Positions 1 through 12,249 of a DNA stretch of 64,000 nt are shown here, piece after piece (position 1 is the stretch's first letter; each line of letters starts with the position of its first letter). The notes below the pieces were generated by a model. It worked only from the letters and a program-made list of their open reading frames with translations. It did not search any database and was not told where the DNA came from. The position numbers were made by a program, and so were the translations under genes. Source of the stretch: Octopus vulgaris (taxonomy: Eukaryota); assembly GCA_951406725.2 (NCBI GenBank), contig OX597826.1, positions 14,508,001 to 14,572,000 on the forward strand. Direction: 5' to 3'.

Positions 1-162
1 TAGATGGATGGAGAGATTGATAATATGAAAGAATTTCATTTTATCTCTAAGGTACATCTACACGATAAGGTACAAATTATTTTTCTTACAATTTTCAAAC
101 TATTCCAGTTAATATAAGTCAGCAAAATATATTAATTTTAATGAAAAACAATAAACATAGAA

Positions 163-443
163 GGCAAGCGTGGGTGTGAGGTGAGAAGCTTGCTTCTAAA
201 TCACATGGTTGCAGGTTCAGTCCCACTGTGTGGCACCTCGAGCAAATGTCTTCCTCTGTAGACTCGAGCCGGCCACTACCCGAGTGGATTTAGTAGTCGG
301 AAACTGAAAGGAGCCCGTCGTATATATATACATATATATATATATATATCAGCCGAATTGTGAAGATGATCCGGTTCTTGACTGAAGATTAAAGGCTTGT
401 GTGTTTTTTGTATCGTCTATCTGGATGTTCTTGTCCCATTTTG

Positions 444-499
<56 letters not shown>

Positions 500-645
500 T
501 GTGTTTGTCCCCTCTACAATAGCTTGATAACCGACGTTGGTGTATTTACGACCCCGTAACTTAGCAGTTCGGCAAAAGAGACCAATCAAATAAGTACTAC
601 GTGCTCCAGCGTCGCTGCAGTCAAATGACTGGAACAAATAAAAGC
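163..645 (+). mobile_element. tRNA-derived SINE, family A (bipartite, internal (TA)n tract), with a nested ~100-bp insert
   Basis: Head GGGTGTGAGGTGAGAAGCTTGCTTCT...GGTTCAGTCCCACTG (A/B-box-like), then GGAAACTGAAAGGAGCCCGTCG-(TA)n, and tail GTGCTCCAGC...GCAGTCAAATGACTGGAACAAATAAAAG. The same layout recurs many times in the window. Confidence 0.85.
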
Positions 646-848
646 ATAGAAGAATATATGACTAATTTCAAGTGACCAAATGCAGACAAAATAACAAACC
701 GATGGTTTGCACACCAGAAAGAAACCAGTTCGAAAACTTACTTTGATTTGCTGAGTTTTGTTTTGTTCTTAAAATTATGATGAATTGAAATTCCTAGAAT
801 TTCATTAATTCTGCAAACTTAAATATCACTTTCAAATTCTGTCATAAT

Positions 849-1038
849 GCCAGCAATTTCAGGGAAGGGGAAAATCGGGCACATCGATCTCAGTGTTTAA
901 CTGGTACTTATTTCATCGACTCCCAAAAGATGAAAGGTAAATTCAACCTCGTCAGAATTTGAACTCAGAATTTAAAGACATACGACATGCCGCTAAGCAT
1001 TTGGTCCGGTCTGCTAACTATTCTGCAGCTGGTCGTCT
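849..1038 (-). mobile_element. tRNA-derived SINE, family B (diverged copy)
   Basis: Reverse complement aligns by eye with the copies at 1941-2167 and 22529-22761 (AGAATTTGAACTCAGAA B-box, ACTGGTACTTATTTCATCGAC core). Confidence 0.75.
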
Positions 1039-1940
1039 GAAGCGTACTGACATATAAATTATATTTTTTCAGTCTGAGTGTCATCGACGACCATCCAATT
1101 TATTTTCTCTATAACTAACCAGTTCAAATACCGTGCGATCTCCATAAGTTGTCATAGAGCCGGTCCGTTAATGCAGTACATATCTGTTTCATTAGTTTAC
1201 TGTACCAGTATAGATCCTGATATTAACGTATGTTGCTACAAGCCGGCGTCCTTTTAATGACCAAATTCTCTTTTAATATGCTGAATCCATAAACATTTAA
1301 AGAGGCTTGAGTATGTTGGGATATCTATTCGTGGCTAAAATAAAAACGATAACAATACAAAGAAATAAAGCAAAGAAAGAAAACATACCTTGGAACCAGA
1401 TACGCCAGAAATACTAAATTCCAAATATTACCTTCTAAAGTCTCAGTTTCACAACCAAAGCCTAATCATGAAAATAATACAACTCGTTTCATTTGCTATT
1501 ATTTAAAGTCAATGATATTAATTCATATTTGATTTGTCCGTTACTAGTTTAATATTGAGATATATTACCTTATCATAGTGAGTTAGAACCTTTCCAAATA
1601 TTGTGTTAACGCTATCGCGCCATTATCATTAGTGGAATAAGCTAAACTTCTGGCTTTGATGTGCTGTCTAGAAACCATTCTATAATAATTTAGTTCAGTT
1701 CTACAACGGTGAAATAACGAATACTGTGGCTTAAAATAAAGAAATAAGTTGGGATATATATGTAACGATGGTGAAAGGCTAATTTGAAACTTAAGCAATT
1801 CATTAACGAAATATATTTAATGACGTTGTTACTACTTTTGATTGCATGAATTACATAAAACTAATGAACGTTATGTCTTCCTTTGAATGTTTTGCGTACA
1901 CTGGTGAGGTTGTACCTCGCCTATATACACATGGATTTAT

Positions 1941-2167
1941 AGCGGCGAGCTGGCAGAACTGTTAGCACGCCGGGCGAAATATGTAGACGTATTTCGTCTG
2001 CCGTTACGTTCTGGTTTCAAATTCCGCCGAGTCGATTTGCCTTTCATCCTCTCGGGGTCTATAAATTAAGCACCACTTACGCACTGGGGTCGATGTAATC
2101 GACTGAATCCTTTTGTCTGTCCTTGTTGTCCCCTCTATGTTTATCCCCTTGTGGGTAGTAAAGAAAT
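1941..2167 (+). mobile_element. tRNA-derived SINE, family B
   Basis: GCGGCGAGCTGGCAGAACTGTTAGCACGCCGGGCGAAAT...GTTTCAAATTCCGCC...TGGGGTCGATGTAATCGACT...GTGGGTAGTAAAGAAATA; multi-copy in the window. Confidence 0.85.
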
Positions 2168-2681
2168 ATATATACACATTGATTTCACTGAACTCTTCCG
2201 TTGATGAGAAATCGCTCCATTACACCACGACGTTTGAACCCTTTTGAACTTTTCTGAACTTTCTGGTTTTTCCTAGTGTTAATTTTTTTTACTCTGTTTT
2301 ATAGACTAGTTTTGTCAAATCTTTGTATATCTAAGGCCGAGAAAACAACGGGAGTCGACAGAAATCATAGTGGGTATAATCATAAAAAACTATATCAAGC
2401 TTTATTAGAAGCAATATCATGAGATTTGTTAGTTTGGATGCTCATGTGTCGGCAGTCCCAAACTGTTTGGGAGCCACTGCCTGAAAATATACTGGTTTCC
2501 AATTTTGGCACAAGGACAGCAATTTCGGAGTGGAGGAAAATCGATTAGATTGCCCCCAGTGTTCAACTGGTATTTATTTTTCGACCCTGAAAGGATCGCC
2601 TTATTGCCTTAAAACCTATTAATGCTTAACAGTACAGTCAAGCAGTTACCAGTTCATAAGAAAATGTAGGATACTTAACTT

Positions 2682-2712
<31 letters not shown>

Positions 2713-2828
2713 TCATATGCATATATATATATATGTGTGTGTGTATACATACATATATATATTCATAAGCATATATATATACATATATAAATATATATAC
2801 ATATTCATACGCACATATGTGTGTGTGT

Positions 2829-3181
2829 GGAGGCGCAGTGTCTCAGTTGTCAAGGCAGTGGACTCGCGGTCGTGAGATCGCAGCTTCGATTCCCAAACTG
2901 GGCATTTGGAGTGCTTATTGAGCGAAAACACTTAAAACTCCAAAGGGAGTGTTGTGGTGAACCCTGCTGTACTCTTTCACCACAACTTTCTCTCAATCTT
3001 TCTTCCTGTTTCTGTTGTACCCGTATTTCAAAGGGCCAGTCTTGTAACCCTCTATGTCACGCTGAATCTCCTCGTGAACTACAATTAGTGTAGACGTGTC
3101 TGTGGAGTTAATTTCACGAACAGGCAGTTGCGTTGATCGGATCAACTGGAACCCTCGTCTTCGTAACCGACGGAGTGCCAC
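2829..3181 (+). mobile_element. tRNA-derived SINE, family C (tail type 1)
   Basis: Head GGAGGCGCAGTGTCTCAGTTGTCAAGGCAGTGGACTCGCGGTCG...GCTTCGATTCCC; shares head and CCCTGCTGTACTCTTT core with 50810-51102; flanked by TG/TA tracts. Confidence 0.8.
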
Positions 3182-4493
3182 GTTATATATATATATATAT
3201 ACACAGTAACACACGCACGCATGCACACACACGCACACACACATATGTATTAGCCTTAGCTTACTATATCTAACACTACCATCACATTAATATTTGTTGT
3301 CCATAAGCAGTAATATTGGTATATTTTTTTTTTGAAATACCTTATGATAGATGAAATTGCACAGTAATTACGAATCAACGACTTTTTTTTCCATTTGCGT
3401 ATTTAAAATGTTACAGAAAATCACAAGGACCGGTCGAAATTAATGCAAAAGAGCTTTCAGGTGTAAATGAAATCAACCAAAATATTCAAATGGACGCAAA
3501 GTTTAAGAGCTGTATGCTATGTTGAATACAATATTTCAACGAAAATGGTACCTGGCAAGAAAGGGACAAAAAATTGTTCCGTCAAATCTCCATGAATTTT
3601 TTTCGTCACTAAAAAAATTATGGTTTTAAATATGAAGCAAAAATACGATTTTTAAACCAGACTTACTATCCCCTACTAGTTTTACGACACTCACCGGAAT
3701 CAGTTGTTAAGTTCGAATGTTGATAAGGCCATTTAGACTTCTTAATAGGCATAAAACCACTCTGTCTGTAAACCAGACGTTGCATTTTTCTCCGAGATAT
3801 CGACTGTGGTCTATTTCTAATACTCTTTACTCTTTTACTCTTTTACTTGTTTCGAAAACGTCGAATCATTTAAACAACGCATAATCGGAACTCCTATCCA
3901 TACATCTACAGCCTAAGCAAACTACCAAATCTTATTACTATTCAAATCCGCTAAATGGTTGGATTCACTAAACCTCACAGAAACACGCTCCGAAATAATA
4001 AACTCATAGCTATACCACACCATTTCAAGCAAACTACAGGACATACAGCGCTAAGAGAAAATATCCACCTCTACAAACTGGGGGGGAAGTGTGTTAAGGA
4101 AAATGGAAACTCTTCCAGAATAACAAAATTGCCTTCGTTCATGAAAACAAATGGTTAAGTCATCCTATTCCAACGATTGCAGCAGAATCATCCTTCGTTC
4201 ACTTTTCAAGAACGATGAAATTTTTATGCGGAACTTGAGTGAAACCCTCCGTACACTGACTGTGCTACATCGTATGACACACCTTTCTACTCTACTACTA
4301 CGTAAACATCACCGGCCGCGCGTGAAAGTATCTCCAGCTGCTTCAAAGTAACAAGACCAAGTCTTAGACAGACAATACTTCGTCCATTACACATGGCTAA
4401 CTCTTATCCTCATCAAACCTTCAGTCATTCTTTCTCTATCCCTCTCTCTGTTTTATCTCCCTCCTTCGCTTTTCTTTCTTTCATTCTCTTTCA

Positions 4494-4568
<75 letters not shown>

Positions 4569-4711
4569 CACAATTGAAGGATGTATCTGATCTTTGACAA
4601 TATGTTACAAGAAGGACTGATTCTATCAACATTTAAACTATCGGATGTACAGCTGATATGCTTTTCACAAGAGCCGTCTCCAACACACTGGATCTCTCTT
4701 TCTCTCTACCG

Positions 4712-4743
<32 letters not shown>

Positions 4744-4962
4744 CTCTGACTTTCTCTTTCTTTCATTCATTAATTAATTATTTCATTCATCCATTCATTC
4801 TTTATTTATTTCATTCATTCTTTCTTCCTTTCTTTCGTTCTTTCTTTCTTCCTTTCTTTCGTTCTTGTTTTCATTCTTTCTTTCTTTCGTTCTTTTGTTC
4901 TTTCGTTCTTTCGTTCGTTCATTTTTCGTTCTTTCTTATTTCTCTCGTTCTTTCTTTCTCTC

Positions 4963-5007
<45 letters not shown>

Positions 5008-5292
5008 TTTTTGTAATGACCACTAATACCATCTTGGCAAAGCCACGTCTATTGGAAACCGCATTTGCAACTCATGATTGGAACCTCCAGATTGAGAAAT
5101 TTGGAGAGTGATATGATGTTTACCGTACCATAAATACGAGAACAGTCGACCGTGTCTGACTTGAGATTGGAAGATTAACTGCCAGTAGATTCTACCCACT
5201 TCTCGTCTTTTGTGTTGGTACCACTGTAGTGTTTGTTGATATATATCTTTTTGAGGCACGCAACATCAAATTTGATGTGATCTCGGGTTGCA

Positions 5293-5376
<84 letters not shown>

Positions 5377-5386
5377 CATATATATA

Positions 5387-6669
5387 CGAGGGGCGTTCAA
5401 TAAGTAATGCCTCTGACCCACTTGCAGTTGTTGGATCTAGCTGAAATTTCGCATGTTCAATTACTTATATCTCTATAGATTAAGTGGAAAATTACAGCTC
5501 TGAACTAATTGTGGTTTCCGATTTACAGGTGTTTGAACTGAGTCAAGTGTGAAATGGAGCATGTTGAGTGTCGAGCAGTGATCCGGGTTTTGTATTTGAA
5601 AGGACGCACACCACGGGAGACTTTTGATGAAATGAAAGTAACTTATGGTGATGATGCCCCATCATATGACCTTGTAAAACGATGGCATCGTGAATTCAAA
5701 TATGGTCGGAACTCTGTGGAAACAGCTCCCAGATCTGGTCGCCCCCTTCTGCCATTGATGAGGCATCTGTCTGTCAAGTTGAGGCTGCCATTTTGGAAGA
5801 TCGACGCATAACTATTCGCCAAATAGCCCATAAGGTCAAGATTAGTACCGGGTTTGTGGAAACTATCATTCATGACCATTTGCATATGCAAAAGGTGTCT
5901 GCCAGATGGATTCCCAGGTTGCTCACACCTTTCCAGAAGCAAGAACGCGTCGATTGCTCGAGGATGAATTTGGAGATGTGCCGAGAAGATGAGTCAAAAT
6001 TTTTCAAAAGACTGATTGCATAGGATAAAACCTGGGTCCATCACTATGATCCAGAGACCAAAGCCCAGTCAATGCAGTGGAAGCACCGTGACTCACCTCT
6101 TCCAAAGAAGGCAAGGGTGCAGCCCTCCGCTGGCAAGGACATGCTTACAGTCTTCTGGGACCAGGACGGAGTAGTGAAGACAGATTTCCTGGCAAAGGGT
6201 ACCACAATTACAGGAGTCTATCATGCTTCACTTTTGAGGAAATTAAGAGAAGCTATCAAAATCAAGAGGCGGGGCAAGATCAGCAAAGGCATCCTCCTCC
6301 TGCAGGACAACGCTCCGATCCACAACTTGCGTGTCGCCAGATCAGAAGCACAGGCGTGCGGCTATGAACTCATCCCCTATCCTCCTGACCTTGCGCCCTC
6401 TGATTTTCACCTCTTCCCAGCCATGAAGTTGTTTTTGAAAGGAAAGCGTTTCCCAGATGATGCAGCCTTGATTTCTGAAGTCAGGTCGTGGTTGGAGGAC
6501 CAAGCTGGGGTCTTCTACAAAAACGGTCTTCAGAGCTGCATCAAACGATGGGAGAAATGCGTAACTCTGGGTGCTTCCTATGTAGGAAAAGACTAATAAC
6601 TGTTCCAAGTTTCGTTGCTCTACTTCTATGGGAAGTGGGTCAGGGGCATTACTTATTGAACGCCCCTCG
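5387..6669 (+). mobile_element. mariner (DD34D-type) transposon, near full length (1283 bp)
   Basis: TIRs CGAGGGGCGTTCAATAAGTAATGCCTCTGACCCA / TGGGTCAGGGGCATTACTTATTGAACGCCCCTCG, TA duplicated on both sides, inserted in (TA)n. Confidence 0.97.
5554..6596 (+). pseudogene. mariner transposase pseudogene
   Basis: HTH N-terminus (RSGRP), ARWIPRLL, LIA*DKTWVHHYDPE, LLQDNAPIH and PYPPDLAPSDFHLF motifs. Frameshift near 5745, TAG stop at 6021-6023, and D2-D3 spacing of 31 (three codons short of DD34D). Confidence 0.95.
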
Positions 6670-6672
6670 TAC

Positions 6673-6747
<75 letters not shown>

Positions 6748-6807
6748 AGCCTATTTTATGATTTAATGGTCCTTGCATGAAATTTTTGTCTATATTTTAG
6801 ACAAATA

Positions 6808-6891
6808 TTACCCAGACGAGATTCATATACATAAATGGGATTTTTTTTTATAAATTCACTGTTGGATTTGAATCGAAACAAATTTTAGGAA
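6808..6891 (+). ncRNA. degenerate type-I hammerhead ribozyme motif (PLE LTR-like)
   Basis: C[A]GACGA-GATTCA...TGAATC-GAAAC-AAATTTTA-GGAA. Perfect 6-bp stem II; core U4 and stem III are mutated. Confidence 0.5.
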
Positions 6892-7143
6892 GTATATTTG
6901 TTTTAATTATTTGTTATATTATATTATATCTTCTTATACTATAATTACGTTATATTATAATCTTAATAAATTTATAATATATCAATTGTATTTCTTTATT
7001 TCCTTTAATATTTATATATTGAAATTATACGATTATAAGTTCCGATTTTCTTCTCTACTATATTGCGGTATTTAACTGAAGAACCAGTGAAAATTGGATA
7101 TTTTCTATTCCTTTGAAAGAAACTGTTTTTCTTTGGATTGAAC

Positions 7144-7174
<31 letters not shown>

Positions 7175-7189
7175 GATATATATATATAG

Positions 7190-7350
7190 TCGCAGGAATG
7201 GCTATGTGGTAAGAAGCCTGCCTCCCAACCACATTGTTTCGGGTTCAGTCCCACTGCGTGGAACCTTGGGCAATTGGCGTGTACTATAGCGTCGGTCCGA
7301 CAAAAAACTTGTGATTGGATTTGGTTGACGGAAACTGAAAGAAGGCCGTC

Positions 7351-7432
<82 letters not shown>

Positions 7433-7640
7433 TTGTGTGTGTGTACATGTTTATGTGTCTGTGTTTGTCCACCTACCAACACATGACAACCGATGTTGGC
7501 GTGTCTCCGTCCCCGTTAGTGGGGGTTCGGCAATGAGAGAACGATATATTAAGAATAAATCCTGGGGTTGATTTTTTTCTACTAAAGATGGTGCTCCAGC
7601 ATGGCCGCAGTCAAATGACTGAAACAAGTAAAAGAGTAAA
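7190..7640 (+). mobile_element. tRNA-derived SINE, family A
   Basis: GCAGGAATGGCTATGTGGTAAGAAGC...GGGTTCAGTCCCACTGCGTGG...GGAAACTGAAAGAAGGCCGTCG-(TA)n(TG)n-...GGTGCTCCAGCATGGCCGCAGTCAAATGACTGAAACAAGTAAAAGAG. Confidence 0.9.
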
Positions 7641-8719
7641 AGAGTATATATATATATGTATGTATATATATTTATATACCAAGAACTAACTTGAATTCAT
7701 CGTCTAGAATACTCCTTCAATGCAGATACAACAGAGGCAGCTCCTGCCAAATCTCCACTGAATCCGTCTGCATAGCTTTAGAAAATATCCTCTAATGATG
7801 CAAGACCAGTCTCGAATTTCCTCTTTAAAACTATTTTGAAAAACTAGTAGTTTCCCCAGAAAGTTTAGGGGAGCAGTAGACCACAATTGTGCATAACTAA
7901 CTAACTAACTAACTTTCTCACATAGCTGAAAACGTTCTCGCGTGGCTACTATTTTGTATGCAAATACGCTACTCGATCCAAAGAATATTCGTTCGCTTAA
8001 TGGACTAGAAGTTCCTAATTTATCTGATCCAAAGACGCGCTGTCCTAATTCTCTACCTTTCCTACCTGTCATAGAACAGTTAATATTCCTTGAAACACAA
8101 ATGACCTTAAATCATCTGTACTCAGTAACTCCAGATATACTAGACGCCCTTTCTCTCTTCAGAAAGGTTATTTCCCCAAATATCTAGGATTTCAATAACC
8201 ACTACGCTTTGTTTCTCCTCTTCAGAAATCGTGCTGGGGAAATCCCCACCGTACTTGTGTCATCGGCTGTCGTCGACTTTACAGTGTTCACAATGGAGGT
8301 AAACCCTTCGATCTCAGAAAGTAATCGGTTATTTTATCAGATAAAATAGAATGAAACAAACGTATGTAGGAGTAGTTTAGTAGTCTATAGAAGGTAAGGA
8401 AAGCGAAGGGATCAATAGTGACTGTTCAATGAAGCTATAAGCGGGCATCTTAAAAAGTTGTAAAAGACTATATTATTTCAAGAATTAGCCTATCTGTTAC
8501 ACACATATACACGAATACAGATATAGACTTACACACATTCATGCAAAGAGGGAGAGAGAGAGGGGGGAGGGGGAGAAAGAAAGAAAGGGATAGAGGTAGG
8601 GAGGGAGGGAGGTAGAGAGAGAAACGAAATAATGAAAATTATAAGAAATAAAATTTTATATTTCTGACTGAAATAACTAAGAAACCTAGAAAGTACTACT
8701 AATAAACTTATTTCCCAAT

Positions 8720-10300
8720 TTATTGAGAACGACATCCGAAATATTTCCGCAAAGAAAATCTTACTAATTCCATAGTAAGTAAATAAAAAAAATCTTTGAA
8801 AAACCTCTAGGAAAACATTCATTTTTCAAAAGAACCTAAATGATGCTACAGATCTATACAGTTGTTGAATTCACTCATCACTACAACATAACCTAAGAAT
8901 GTTCAACAAAAAGACACTTGCAATCTGGCTTTGGTCGACTAACATAAGTATTTTGATAACGTTACGTACAACATGGATTCTGTAAATATTCTCCGTGAAT
9001 AATGCAGCTCCAAATGTAAGCAATAAATTGAATACCTCATGAATAAATGGCAAACCATTCTGCAGATATTGACAATAGAGTGAGTTATTCAAAGAAATTC
9101 CATTTGTTTGGAAGAAAAATATTCTGAGGGTGCTACTTATCTGTGCTCCTTCTCTGGATTGCATTAATACCTTCAAGCAACGGGCTAAAGAAGATTGGAC
9201 ATCGATACAAATGCTATGGGAGAGCAATAAATATTTTGTTATACATGAACGATCCAACGTTGTTCGCTGCAAATCATTGCCAACTATCTCTCAGAAGTAA
9301 AGGATTTTGTAGAAACATCAATATGGAATATGAGTTAGGAAAAAGACTTGAATGGAATACAATTAATTGATAATAATAACGTAATACTGTGCGAGGAAAC
9401 ATAGATGAATTGAAAACACACATTTTAAAATACTTATGAATTAATGTACCCCACATTGTACAACGTAAACAAATGAAAATAAGTTCAAGAAAACTCTAAA
9501 CGCATGAGAATAATTTAAAACATCTCTAAAATGAAATTTTAAAAAGTAATATGTATAAATACTCTAGCTGTACGACAAATGAATTATGGTTATATTCTCA
9601 AATAGATGCTAAGTGAATGATAATGACTAAAGAAAAGGTAAATATGAAAAATATTGACAGCTAGCGAGTATCACCCAGCAGTGAGGTAAGCAAATAGTAC
9701 ATTTTGATTAGTTTATTTATTGGTTGTAATACATCAACAATAAAATACGATACAGTAAATATGATTAATATTAGTATGAAATACGAGTAAATCAAATAAC
9801 ACAGTTTATTGTCTTGAAAAACAAAACAGAAGCTGACATGGTTCACAGTTTAAAAGTGGAAGAAGAGTTTTATTATTATCAGTTAAAACTAGAAAAAAAG
9901 CACCATGCTAAACGGTGGCAAGAAAAGTTTTTATTTGGTCAACATCTGAAAACCTGAAGAGTGTAAACAGGAAAATTGCAAATTTCAGAGATAAATGCTG
10001 AAATCAAAGCAAATGTCACAGAAACCCTTAAAGCACATAACAAAATGATATGGAATAACTGCTGAATGTGCGCAAGTTGAAGATAAATATAATCACAATA
10101 TTTCAGTGTTCAGTCTTAACCAAGAGAGAATACATATTCGAACATAAAAATCTAGGATTTTTATTGTGAGAATTATGCCGGTATAATAAAATACAAACAG
10201 AAAAGATATTTTATAAACATGAAACAGTAAAAGGTTCATGTTTATGATACCGATAAAGAAACCATCATTTGAGATATGCCAGTTCTCGCAAACACGAAGA
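8720..10300 (+). pseudogene. highly decayed R4/Dong-like (RLE-type) non-LTR retrotransposon RT/C-terminal region
   Basis: Manual translation: LSVLLLWIALIPSSNGLKKIGHRYK...INILLYMND (cf. LSPLxFCxALxPLS...INHLLYMDD), WQEKFLFGQH, and ETII*DMPV (cf. TILWDMP). Many stops and frameshifts. Confidence 0.7.
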
Positions 10301-11255
10301 ACAAGTGGTTAGTTTCAGATTATTAGGATTATCGGCATGCTATTAAGAACGTGCCAAAAAACCAACATGGCTGCGGCCTTCGGGCTAAAACATTTTTAAG
10401 GATTTAGGGAAGAACATTACCTACATCGCATTCATTAAGATATTCTAACTGGCTGTATTAGAAAATTATTTGTTCTTTACACAACCATGAGACACGAGTG
10501 ATCTTGACGAGTGAGACCCTTTTCTTGAAAGTAACATGACTTTAATTTGTGTTCATTCCTTATCGCACTTTATAACTCAGCAGCCCAGTTTGCCCCACTC
10601 CGTCACATGACGATAGTGTAGCGTCACTTAGACAGAGCGGATTCTACTTGAGAACATCGGTTCCTATTCCTGAGATCGGGGGACTGAGAAATGAATTCTC
10701 CAGAAATTGTCAGAGTTGCAACCAGTAGTGCTCTAAAAACATGGAATTACCGGAATTTCCTGTTCCTGTTCTGTTACTATCCGCTACTTCACATAATTTG
10801 CCTTTTCAGATCGTTTTGTAAGACAGATTTTAGATACATAATATCAAAATCGAACAGTCATTCGATTGGCTTTTATTTCTACATTCAGAATGCTGTTCAA
10901 ATCAAAGTGATCTATCCAATTTACAGGATCCCTTACCGGTTTTAAGCCGCTCTCCTTAGAAATTTTAACACAGTTGTAACTCTCGCATGATAATGCAGTA
11001 TAGGAGTGAAACTAGGTCGTTCTGCTGTCCCCACGCAGTTATTGTAAATACAATGTGTTTACATTCATATTTTCATCAGGTTTTCTCAAAACTTAAAAAG
11101 TATATTCTATAATAGAACAATATAGCAAAATTTTTGTTACATTGGTAAATTGAAAATACTACGTGAAATTACTCAAATCACTAAGACGTTGTTTCTTATG
11201 TCTGTTTGTGTGTGTGAGTCAGTCTATGTGTGTATGTAAATATGTATATAACTAT

Positions 11256-11300
<45 letters not shown>

Positions 11301-11301
<1 letters not shown>

Positions 11302-11635
11302 TTGTCTGGGGAGAGCCATTCTGTTTTAATGCCGTATTAATTGACACACTCGCCGGTTCAATTTCCACTCACAAATAAATAGTGGACAGACAAAACAAGT
11401 GGCGTCAGTCGGCGAGATACGTCGTTCGGGCCACTCATGCAGACGTTGCAGTACGTCGTTATAATGGCGACGAGGATTGGAACTGGTCGAAGTGGAAAAC
11501 ATTAAAAACCCTCTCACTTTGTAAAAGTGGTGACGAGGAATCTCATTTTAAGCACTCCCCAACAGTGGGACATTCTAGAGCAAAACAAAAAGAAAATTTC
11601 TGCGTGTAGAAGAAAAGGAAAAAGAATGGGTAAAA
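11301..11635. mobile_element. PLE LTR-like fragments; ~105-bp segment repeated at ~12079-12188
   Basis: TTCCACTCACAAATAAATAGTGGACAGAC...CATGCAGAC...GTCGTTATAAT occurs twice. The start TGTCTGGGGAGAGCCATT matches 50298-50487. The minus strand has hammerhead-like remnants CTGACG-CCACTT...GAGTG-GAAA. Confidence 0.5.
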
Positions 11636-11643
11636 TATATATG

Positions 11644-11725
<82 letters not shown>

Positions 11726-11740
11726 GCTGCGTGCAGAAGA

Positions 11741-11757
11741 AAACAGCAACAACAACA

Positions 11758-11814
<57 letters not shown>

Positions 11815-11851
11815 GCAACAATAATAATAATAATGATAACGATAATAATAA
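11741..11851. repeat. compound (CAG)n/(CAA)n/(TAA)n microsatellite following (TA)n
   Basis: Direct reading. Confidence 0.95.
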
Positions 11852-12249
11852 TTGAAGTCCGTTGTAGGATTTCAGTCAGGTCGCTCTTATGTTCGTAATG
11901 CAACTGGTATGTAGAGCCGGTAGTACCTGGAGCATTCTGGAGAAAAATTGAGTGTGTGGAAGAAAAAGAAATAGAATATGAAAAATAAAAAATGTAATAA
12001 TGCTGGGTGAAAAGAAAAAAATCTCAAAAGGTGAGGTGCTGGAGAGGACACTCCCAGTGTGGGATAAGAGGGGGCTGTTCCACTACAAATAAATGGTGAA
12101 CAGACACAGACACAAGTGGTGTCAGTCGGTGAGGTACACTGTTCGAGTTAATCATGCAGACTACGAAGCATGTCGTTATAATACAGCACATATTTGTGTC
12201 AAGCAAGACACAACAATGTATATATATATCACTAAGTACATATACATAC

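Noticed and set aside
3850-4420. Non-repetitive ORF-like segment (also 7700-8320 and 56150-57360)
   Set aside because: Probably old TE remnants, but I could not identify any diagnostic motif.
7070-7140. CTGAAGA...GAAA as a hammerhead (also 382-400 and 56780-56812)
   Set aside because: Stems cannot be drawn consistently.
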